The notes under the pieces: generated by a model
Told to the model about the DNA's origin: nothing
The model's input: the letters and a program-made list of their open reading frames with translations, nothing else
Databases searched by the model: none
Shown here: positions 1 to 10,205 of the stretch, one piece after another
Layout: each line of letters opens with the position of its first letter
How positions within the stretch are numbered: position 1 is the first letter of the stretch
Assembly: GCA_964016885.1 (NCBI GenBank)
Contig: OZ024740.1
Location: forward strand, 125,426,001-125,490,000
Length of the DNA stretch: 64,000 nucleotides
Direction: 5' to 3'
DNA from: Eledone cirrhosa
Lineage: Eukaryota
Translations under genes and position numbers: made by a program

Positions 1-1206
1 GAGAAGGCAATAAATTATTGGTTATAATCCAATTCCAGGTATGGGGCATTACTATCAATTAGTATTTTACCTGAGTAGTATAGTTTAATGAATGTGGTAG
101 ATTTTGAATTTATCACCCTTTGATTTTAAGACACAATATTCATTTTTGTTTAATTTGTGTTCTTAAAAAGGAAATAAAATTAGAAAGTTCTGCTTGAGTG
201 AAATAATTTTAGTTCATAATATCAGGATTCCATCTTTAGTGGTGCTATTTAATATAGCAAAGAACCTTTAAGACTTTTGAAAGTTTGCTGCAGAAGAAGG
301 AATCAATAATAGTTGATGGGGAAATTAACCCTGATAAAATGTCTAGAAATTAATTTAGCACTGAAAATTGGCTCTGCAGTCAATTTAGAAAGATTCAAAT
401 GATATAAGTCAAGTTTTAATCAAAATACGGTCTCTTTTTGACACCTTTTGTTCTCCCCCTTCCTATCGCTGACTAACAGCGTGCCATCCATCCTGGAACA
501 ATTATGTATATGCATAAGCATCAATGTGTCATTGGGTGGAAGTTGAAGAATAATTTATGAGGACGTGCTTAAAGTACAAATAATCCTATAAGTGACATTG
601 CTACTGAGAGAATAGTGATAAATGGGTGACTGCTGAAGCTAACAGAGAACAAGTTCATATGAAAGACAGTGTCAGCTTTCTTTTCTATTATCTGATTAAA
701 GTTAATGAGCTGAGAAAACTAATTGTTAAGAGTCTCATGGGTGCAATTCTTTCTTTTAGTGCCAAGGTGCTGAAGAAGTCAAATTGTTAGTATGTTGTAT
801 AACATTTAGAGTAAAACTATGCAAATTTTTATGAATAGCAATAAAATGGCTGGTCTACTGGAAAAACTGAATGGGATATGATAGCTAATTGATTGTAGTT
901 TAGAAAATATAAAGACATAGATTTATGATACATATATACAAGAAAAATAATTAAAAAATGTGAATGTGTTGATAAATATTTCATACCAATAACTAAACAA
1001 ATAAATATTCATATCAGTGGAAATAAATGTTTGCTGAGAAATGCAATATAACAGATTTACTTGAGCAGGGACATTTGATTAACCATACATAGAAATAAAA
1101 TCAGTGTACAGCTTTTGGATCAATTATAAATATACTCAAGGAGTGGTTTACTTAGAAAGAAGAGAAGACTAATGATATGTTTTGTGCTGACCAAGCATTT
1201 ATACAG

Positions 1207-1258
1207 ACACACACACACACACACAAACACACACATGCACGCACACACACACACACAC
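1207..1258. repeat. (CA)n microsatellite
   Basis: Imperfect CA dinucleotide run read directly. Confidence 0.9.
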
Positions 1259-1815
1259 AAGGATACAAAAAAGATTAAAAGAGACATTAATGGCCTTAGT
1301 ATTAAGCAGAATGAGCAGGGGATTACAGCACAAATTATATATATTTGGTAAGCATCTATCACATATATATTTGCTTTTATTATACTTGACTCAGAGAAGG
1401 AAAGTAGTACTCATCACCCTTTCCAGGGCCTGTTAGACTGTTAGGAGAGAGAGAGGAAGATATCCCAAGCTAAAGACCTGGCTACAACGCAGGTAGGTTA
1501 CAATTATATTTGCACTCTGAATACAAAGTACTGTAACAAATACAACAAGGCATCTTATCTGATGCTCCTATATTTTCTCCTATCCATCATCCTTGACTGG
1601 TACTTTATTTTATCAACACTAAAAGGAAGGAAAGCAAAATTAACTTAGGTGGAATCTAAATTCAGGGTACAGAGATCTGGAATAAATACTCCAAGCCCTG
1701 CTTAAGAGGTGCACAGATTTTGTCCAGTGCAAATGGATTCTAAATAAGGAGTACATAATCAAAGACAGAAATTCCTGGAAACAGGCAACAAACCACATAT
1801 TCGATTGTGACAAAC

Positions 1816-1885
1816 CTGTTGAATCAAGATGCAAGCTTCATCATTATGTCTGACAAGACCAACTAAAATTGAAGTAGAGATACTA
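1816..1885 (-). CDS. Candidate internal coding exon of an unidentified host gene (SISTSILVGLVRHNDEACILIQQ)
   Basis: Minus strand reads TCTTTTTCATTACAG acceptor, 70 nt with an open frame, then CAG|GTTTGT donor. No homology verified. Confidence 0.3.
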
Positions 1886-2964
1886 CTGTAATGAAAAAGA
1901 AAATGAGCTCTAAACTCTTCATAGTTGTCATTGATCTATCATTCTCTTTTCCCAGTATTTTTAGTACTGTATAGCATAGCATCACACTTGTCTACTTCAA
2001 CATTGTTCTCATCATTATTTGGCCAGAGTTGTGCATATACAACTTATAGCTGCTAATCTATAATTGTTGATTTGTAATATTGTTTCTTGTTTCATTTTTC
2101 TCTTGATATTTCAGATTTGTTTCTCCTGAGTCTACTTCTTTAGCTACCCAGGAAACACAACAAAAAGCCCTCTGTTTGTGTTAATGGTAGATTATATAAA
2201 ATGTATGTGAATTGTTTCAAGCTGTATAGTAGTAAGACATAGTAAATGCAGAAAATTTGTGGGAGCAGAAGAGGAAGATTTCTGGATTTATTTGTTAGAT
2301 GCCGTGTTTACTTGCTTGAAAGCCAAAGCACAAAGTGAGCTGATTGTTAAAGTTATTAGTTGGGGTATGCAGGTGAAATGAGTGAAGTTTTATCTGATAT
2401 GAATGGATAATAAGTCCTGAGCAAAGATTTGCTGTATGTGTGCAGTAGAATGTACCTATGCATAGCACTATAAGAACGTAATTGAGTGATTAATATCTTG
2501 TCACAGAATGCTGTTCTTCAAAGGAGGATGCAAAATCAAGACAGCGGGTGTAGAACAGATGCATCAAATTTATGCCAGCATGGAAAAAAATGAATATTAA
2601 AATAATGATAATGATTAATTAAATAAAACATTTACACCTATTACCAATCATCCCTTTCTTAGATTCATATTTATTTTTGTAAAGTAAATAGCATTACTAC
2701 TACATTATAGTACTTCTTATTCTATCACCATCATTCATGTTCATTATTTTTTCTGTTTGTTTTCAATACTGGCATATGTTACAGGCTGAACAAAACCATT
2801 TTGAGGCAGTATTCTTCAGTTAGATTCCCTTCTTGATGCCAACTCATTTTTATGTTTAAGTAGGGTATATATATATATACTGCTAATCTCAATCTTCATC
2901 CAATTGCTAAGCTACAGAATATATTTGTTATGCAAGACACAAACGAAGATCACCACTTGCTTAA

Positions 2965-3175
2965 CCCCTTAGCATTTACATTATTCTATATTTACTATTA
3001 TATTTTCATGGTAAAGACTTTACCTTACATAATTATCTCACACAATATCAAATCTATGAGATTTTGATGTTATTGATTTTGAGAACAATACCTTAACATC
3101 AGTATGAGTGACCGGTTATGGCCAGTTTGAACAGAAAATGGTGAGAGAATGTTGGCCGGTTTAAATGCTAAAGGG
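2965..3175. mobile_element. piggyBac-type MITE
   Basis: TTAA on both sides; terminal inverted repeats CCCCTTAGCATTTA / TAAATGCTAAAGGG (1 mismatch); no coding capacity. Confidence 0.7.
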
Positions 3176-3849
3176 TTAAATGGCTTCAAATGTGAAAATG
3201 CACAGGGATACTGACACACACACAAACATACATATATGATGGGCTTCTGAAATAGTTTCCATTTACCAAATTTACTTATAAGACATCTGTAAGCTCAAGG
3301 ATGTTGTAGAAAACATTTGTTCAAGATAGCTCACAGTGGGATCAAACCTGAAACTACATGGTTGTGAAGCAAACTTCTTATCATCCATCCCTGCACACAC
3401 AACAATGCTTGTACTTATAGTCATGACTGCTTTTATCTGTCATTACAAAATGAAAAACAACCCATCAGGTTAAATGTATAAGATTTTACATACGTTTATA
3501 GCTTTATGGATGCTTTGGGATATACATTTGCATACATTTATATTCTGAGTTCAAATCCTACCAAACTAGATATGACACTCCTATTCATCTTTTTAGAGTC
3601 AGAAAAATAATTACCAATAATTCCATCCCTACAAAATTGATGGTAATGTGTATTTGTTAACAATCAATAAGGTTATAACTATTTCGACTATTAACATCAT
3701 TTTTAAAGATACTATAATTTTAAATATTCATATTTACACTACATTTTGGTCAGTTTGATCTTTGATAAATGAAAGCTTTCTTATTTTTAGAATCCCAAAG
3801 GATTTGAAGTAGGAAATTTTATTTCTACATTAAGGGTAAAAACATTCTT

Positions 3850-4292
3850 TTTAGCTTTGCTAGGTGTTGACAAACTACAGAGTAGGTTGAAAGAAACTCC
3901 CTCTTGGAAATGCAAGCAGACTTTTGACCTACTGCGAAGACTTGGGGCAACATCAAAGACCTCATATTCATGCAAGATGTGGCCCCTCCTATTTTTGCAT
4001 ACACTGTCCGTGAGTGGCTTGATGTCCAATTTCCAAGACGTTGGCTGGGTCATCGAGATCCAAATGACTGACCATCAAGAAGCCCTGACTTAATGCTATG
4101 CAATGTTTGCCTGTGGGGTGGGTGAAGGAAGAAATTTATAGCTCAAAACCAAAATCTCTGACTCAATTCGAGGTACACAATTGTCTTATACTTACCAACA
4201 TACTGCCAAGGTTCCTAATGAAGACAGTCAAGGTTATATCCAGGCAATTACAAACACTGGTGGGCAATGCTGGTGCCTATTTAGAATCTTAA
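3850..4292 (+). pseudogene. Decayed Tc1/mariner-superfamily transposase C-terminus
   Basis: Frameshifted pieces read FMQDVAPP..VREWLDVQFPRRWLG..PSRSPDL..LWGWVKEEIY, matching the QDGAP..WPPRSPDLTPLDFFLWG motif set. Confidence 0.75.
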
Positions 4293-5009
4293 CACTGTAC
4301 ACATTATACTGTTCAAAATTAAACACATTTTATGTAAATGAATCAATAATTAATAAAGTTATTAGTAATTTAAAAAGAGAGTTTCTTTCCACCCAGCTCA
4401 TAACCAGCCAATGGATTTCATTGCATTCAAAAATTCGTTGTTTTCTTTACCAACCTTTACTTAGTACAATCTTTGCATTATTTTCACTAGTCTAATTCGA
4501 TTATATACATTATTTTGTTCAATTTCTGAGCTTGCTGTAACTTAGCAATATTGGAAATTGTGTTATCGTATTAAGAAAAACCAGCTGTGTTATTTAGTTT
4601 TGTATCTCCAGTGAAAAGCATTTTTATTCTGTATCAAATGCTTATAATAAAAAACATTAAAGTAAGTCACTTTTGGGGTACCATATATTCTAATGATAGA
4701 CTGCATATAGGTTTCAATTATGTTTGAAAATAATCAACAATTTTGAGAGATTTAATAATATATCTAACTTTCTTCTTATTTATCTGCTGTTTGGAATATA
4801 ACTTGACTATGATTTTTACAAAACATTATGATGGAAGATAGATAAATATATAGACTCTAAAATAAACATTTTAGTAATGTAGAACTAAGTGCAGTTTCAA
4901 ATCGTTAGATATCAAAAGGGTTAAAGAAAACAAGCTGTTTCCCTAGTCTTGTATGACCTTGGTTTCAATTTTTATTCACTTTGGCCTGTGAAATAAAAAC
5001 ATTTCCAAT

Positions 5010-5443
5010 TCATCCAACCAAAAATAAATTGCTGAAACCTGAACTAGACCACTGATGCATATATTTACCAGGTATATATGTCAGTGACCTTATACATAAG
5101 AACTTTATTATAAAGTTACCAGTCTGAATGTAATCTGGTCTTATGCATTCATTTAAGATCAAACTGATTAAAATGTAGTGTAAGTGTAAATATTGAAGTC
5201 TTTCATCTCTGAGGATGAAATTAACAGCTCTCAAAATTATGTCAATATTAACTCTGTTAAGATTTGAAATATATGCTGAGACAGTGTAAGTCATATAGGC
5301 CAGTTCTTTATGAGTTGAGCCAACAATATTTACATGATATGGCAATATTCCAGCATCAAGTATTGGCTGATAAAATGCTATTGTTACAAATGGAACACTG
5401 AAGGACTTGTAAATTGAGGTGAAGTTTATAGTTGATTGAATGA
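5010..5443 (-). CDS. Candidate coding exon, unassigned product
   Basis: Stop-free frame of about 145 codons (5447 to 5013) in very AT-rich DNA; possible acceptor TTGTTGACTAG at 5444; no TE motifs recognised. Confidence 0.25.
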
Positions 5444-5649
5444 CTAGTCAACAAACTTTGAAAATTATTATCTGTAAAGGTACAGTTTTGCCAATGTTTT
5501 AAATTGATACAGAGCTTCAAATGTATTGGGAAAACAAATTTTTTTTATTTATACCATTAAAATATTTTGCTGGGATATATTATTTTGCTGGGATATATGC
5601 ACATATTCATTATGTCATCATTTAACTTAAGCAGACTAACATCTGAGTT

Positions 5650-7105
5650 CATAAGAGGAATTAAAGAGCTCAAATGTAGCATGGCCTCTTGGCAGCATGG
5701 AATTTAGCCTGAGATGTTAAAAACCTTAAATAGGGAAGGTTTTCTCTGCATGAGCCATGTGTGCTAGATTGCCTGAGTCTATAGAATGTTACCTAAACAT
5801 TGGCAATCAGGAGTGATAATCTCAATTATTAAAAATGGAGACAAAAGACATTGCTCCACTTATTGAGAAATCTCCTTTTTAAGCCTCCCCAGTAAAGTCT
5901 ATGCTGTGTCTAACAAATAGATGTGGGGATATTGTTGAGTCGAAGATAGCTGGTGTACAGTGTGGTTTCTGCCCTAGTTATTGCACAACCTACCAAATCT
6001 TCACACTAAATGGGTTATTTGAGGAATCATGAAAGAACTGCCGAGAGGTGTATGCTTGTTTCGTAGACCCCATATAACTGTGGTCCAGTGGGCCTGTTAC
6101 GGAAGGTTCTACAGGAATATGGGATCGATGGACAACTTTTTGTTGTCCTGAAGTCTCTGTAATGAATTCCCTAGTACTTATGTTTGGAAAAATGAAGCTA
6201 AATTGTAACCATTTAATGAGTGTATCAGATTCTACCTCTCCTGTTCATAATTTTCATAGACAAGACTGACATGCACAGCTGGGTTGGAAGTGGTATAAAG
6301 ACTGCTGGGTGTAGGTTCAGTCAGCTGGAATTTACAGAAAACATTGCATTACTTAATTCAGAAGGTGATCTCTGGCATGCACTTGTTAGAGTTACTACCA
6401 AGTGCTGCACGGCAGGAATAAAAATCTGTGCTGCAAAGACTGAGAGACTCATCCTCTTAAGGAAGCCTGCATAGTACACTCTACATGTGAGTGGAATTCC
6501 ACTGATGGAGGTGGAGAAGTTCAAGTACCTCAGGCCTGTTTTCACAAGTGATGGAACGCAGGAGACTGAATTAAGTGCATGAATTGCAGAAGCTGGTGCA
6601 GTAATGTACCAGCTTCATTATTCAGTTATCAGAAGAAGTGGGGTAGTTGTAAAAACCAAACTCTCTATCCTCAATTCAGTATTTTTGCTAACACTTACCT
6701 ATAGTCATGACTCTTTAGTAATGACCAAAAGAACATGATCACAGCAGATGAAATGGGGTTCCACCGAAGGGTCTTTGTTGTAACATTACACAATACAGTG
6801 CGTACCTTGAAGATCAGAGAGTCGCTCCAGGTAGAGCTGCTACTTCTCCAAATCAAGGGAACATAGCTCTGATTCTCAGGAAAGAATTGCAGGACAGATT
6901 TTAGGGGTAAAACTATCTGGCAAGTGACACAGGAATAGACCCTGATCATGATGGTTGGATAACATCCATGAGTTTGGTTAGTCTCAATTGGTGATCCAGC
7001 TGAATCAGTTAGAGACAGTTGAGTCTGACAGGACTCACTGGAAGAAGTGCTGAAGGATTTTTCTCCATGACCCTCCTAGGAATAAGTGGGTGAAGAAGAA
7101 AATTG
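5650..7105 (+). mobile_element. Old RTE-clade LINE relic (3' half, RT)
   Basis: Degenerate RT motifs LSLPSKVY, PLLFIIFID, GIKICAAKTE, VEKFKYL, LTYSHD; many stops and frameshifts; same family as 62616-63520. Confidence 0.75.
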
Positions 7106-7917
7106 TAAGCTGGTATATTGGAAAAAGAATTACATATGATAATGAGCTTAATGCTTTTGTTCACTATTATATTAGGAGTAAGTGTGGAAGTTAGAAGCTC
7201 TCGAATGAGAAATAGAGAGTGTATGACTGAATAGTAAAATCATAGTGAATGATATGATGAGGTGTTTATCACAGTGCTTTGACTGGCAAATAGAAAATGT
7301 GAGTGACAGTTTGTACTGTTCTTATAAATATTGTGATAAAGCAACTTTTGAAGTAATGATAATTACAGGTAAATCTTTTAATAATTTGTAAATGATATCA
7401 TAATCTTTTCGTAAATATAGAATTATCATTTTTAATTATAATTTTATTACTATCATTAAACCATTTGACACTATTAGTGAACCCAAATCCCATAGATTAA
7501 CTGTGGAAGGACACTGAAGATATAATTGAGGATGTAAATAGTTTAACTATGGAATACTTTTATCCTTAAAATACTTTCATTATTGAATTTCATGAATTAA
7601 TTTAAACATTATCAATAAGAAAAACAAATGAAAATTAGGAAATTGGATACCACTGAGGAATATGGATTAAAATATTGTCAAATGCATCAACAGTTTTATC
7701 AAATATGCTACCTGAATTAAAATTTAACTTTATTTCAAAAAACCTCATCCATTACTACAGTTACCAATATATCACATTATTTAAAATATATTCATCACCA
7801 TCAATATATTCGTTTGTATTGAAAGAACAAAATGTTTCAATAATGAAAATATTTAAAGAAGTATTTGATGAAGAAATTATTTACATTTTCAATTATGTCT
7901 TCTTCATCTTTCTATAG

Positions 7918-8003
7918 TTATGGTTGATGGCAGTGGATTTAAGGAACCAATGTTTGCTGTTAGTGCCAACCATTCAGAGATTGTCTCTACAATTATCAGT
8001 TAA
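7918..8003 (+). CDS. Candidate terminal exon (..MVDGSGFKEPMFAVSANHSEIVSTIIS*)
   Basis: Strong polypyrimidine acceptor TGTCTTCTTCATCTTTCTATAG followed by an open frame to TAA. Unverified. Confidence 0.25.
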
Positions 8004-8148
8004 AATGCTGTCATTTTTTGTTGGCAGAAATATATATTTCCTTTATATATTATTTTGACGCATCATTTTGAGTGAGTGACATTAGTTATCACAGATTTTG
8101 CCTCATATTTTATCATAGAATACAAAGTTTAGAGTCTTTGTATTCTAT

Positions 8149-8198
8149 GATAAAACTGATAACTTTCTCTCTTAAGTGAGAAAGTTATCAGTTTTATC
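8149..8198. repeat. 50-bp near-perfect palindrome
   Basis: GATAAAACTGATAACTTTCTC-T-CTTAAG-T-GAGAAAGTTATCAGTTTTATC. Confidence 0.95.
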
Positions 8199-8259
8199 CA
8201 TCAACTTGAATGAATGAGTCTATCTCTATAATTACTAAACTGTAGTCATTTTTAATGAT

Positions 8260-8285
8260 ACTACTACTACTACTACTACTACTAC

Positions 8286-8336
<51 letters not shown>
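8260..8336. repeat. (TAC)n(TAA)n microsatellite, 5' flank of the R4/Dong-like insertion
   Basis: Read directly. Confidence 0.95.
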
Positions 8337-9966
8337 GGACTAGATAAATGCGCCAAAGCAACGTTCACCGGACTAGATAAATGCGCCAAAGCAACGTTCA
8401 CCAGAGGAAAGCTGCTGAAGAGTTCAGACATTAATCGTGATCGGAGGAACGTGATAAGAGAGCTTGATCAAGAAAAAACTTACAAATATCTAGGTGTTTG
8501 TGAAGGAGACGGAATCAAGCACTCGACAATGAGGGAAAGGATAAGGAAGGAATGTTACCGCAGAGTAAGAGCAATCTTAAGAACGGAATTGAATGCAAGG
8601 AATAGGATCGATGCCATAAACACGCTTGCCATACCAGTAGTAACCTACAGTTACAATGTCATCAACTGGTCAAGCACAGAGATCCGTAGGCTCGATACAA
8701 AAATTCGAAAATTCTTAACCATGCACAGAATGCATCACCCTAAGGCAGATATAGATAGAATATATCTCCCTAGGAAAGAAGGAGGACGTGGGTTAATCCA
8801 GTTAGACATTGCGTTGAAAACTGCAACAATTGGATTATCTACATATCTAAGGGAATCACATGATTGGATGATCAAACTCGTTTTGAAACACGAAAGCATC
8901 AAAAGATCATATTCCATTACAAAAGATGCACAAAGATACAGTAATGGACTACAAATTTCAGAAGTCCCATTTACTGCTGAAATGGAAAACACAGAAAAAG
9001 CAAAGCAGGTAAAAGTAACTGCAAAGAAAGAACTGCTACAGAAACTGGCTAAGAAATGGCAAGAAAAGCCTCTGTATGGAAAATACCCAGAGTGAGCTAA
9101 CAATCCTGATGTTGACAAAACTTTAACCCATCAGTGGTTGGCATCCTCTGGACTGAAATCGGAGACTGAAGGACTGATTATATCGGCACAAGATTAGTGT
9201 CTGCCAACAAAAAATTACCAAGCCAACATAATAAAAAATGGGTGCATCCCATTATGCCGTGTATGCAAAAAACAACCAGAGACCATTGACCATATAATTT
9301 CAATGTGCAGTCCTATAGCTCCAACCGAATACCTAAACAGGCATGACAGAGCTGCACAATACATACATTGGATAATGTGTAAGCATTTTGACCTGCCCCA
9401 TCAAAAGAATTGGTGGGAGCATCAACCACCTCCCATACTTGAAAAAGATCACATCTCAATCTTGTGGAACTTTAGCATCCAAACAGACCGAAAAATAGAT
9501 GCAAACAGACCTGATATAATATTGAAAGACTTTCAAAAGAGGGTATGCCTGCTAATTGATATGTCTGTTCCAATAGACAAGAATGTATCTATAAAAACAT
9601 TTGAAAAATTGAGCAAGTATAAGGACCTGGAGATAGAAATTGGAAAAATGTGGAAATTGAGAACTAAAACAATACCAGTGGTTGTAGGCGCTCTGGGAAT
9701 GATACCTAAGGGGTCTAATGATTACATATCGCAAATCCCAGGAAACCCGCGTATAGGAGAAATACAAAAGATAGTACTAATGGGAACTGCCCATATACTA
9801 AGGAAGATTCTGTCAATATAAGTACATCACAAGTCTAAACACTAAAGATGCATGTGTGAGTATGTATGTTCTTTCTTGAACATGGCGGACCTTGTGGTCT
9901 CTTGAGGTCACTGGTTGTGACTTGGTGATAACTCGTATGAACATAAAGCAAGATAAATGCAACTAT
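8337..9966 (+). mobile_element. 5'-truncated R4/Dong-like non-LTR retrotransposon (RT C-terminus, CCHC, REL endonuclease)
   Basis: ORF pieces 8451-9095 (YKYLG, RIYLPRKEGGRGL) and 9303-9821 (RHD, NRPDII..D, EKLSKYKDL, PVVVGALG); CRVC..ETIDHI..C zinc knuckle; (TAA)n on both sides; in-frame stops at 9093 and 9195. Confidence 0.92.
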
Positions 9967-9974
9967 AATAATAA

Positions 9975-10162
9975 TAATTGTTTCTACTTTTGGCACAAGG
10001 CCAGCAATTATTCCAGTGTATTACTGGTACTTTATTTTATCGACCCCGTAAGGATGAAATGCAAAGTTAACCTCGGCAGGATTTTAACTCAGACCGTAAA
10101 GGGCTGTAAGTCTATGTTGCAAAGCATGGCATCCGACCATCTACTAATACTGCCAATTCACC

Positions 10163-10163
<1 letters not shown>
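9975..10163 (-). mobile_element. SINE family A (tRNA-like head, (ATT)n tail)
   Basis: Multi-copy unit of about 190 bp: TGGCAGTAT..GAGTT(C/A)AAATCC..GC(C/A)TTTCATCCTTACGGGGTCGATAAAATAAAGTACCAG..GGCCTTGTGCCAAAAGTAGAAAC(AATT/ATT)n. Confidence 0.85.

Positions 10164-10204
<41 letters not shown>

Positions 10205-10205
<1 letters not shown>

Noticed and set aside
300-415. Minus-strand peptide LDLYHLNLSKLTAEP resembling a receptor segment
   Set aside because: In-frame stop immediately upstream and no usable splice acceptor.
1120-1362. ORF with a CVCVC run (also 33462-33696, 56299-56487, 26325-26584)
   Set aside because: These are translations of microsatellites, not genes.
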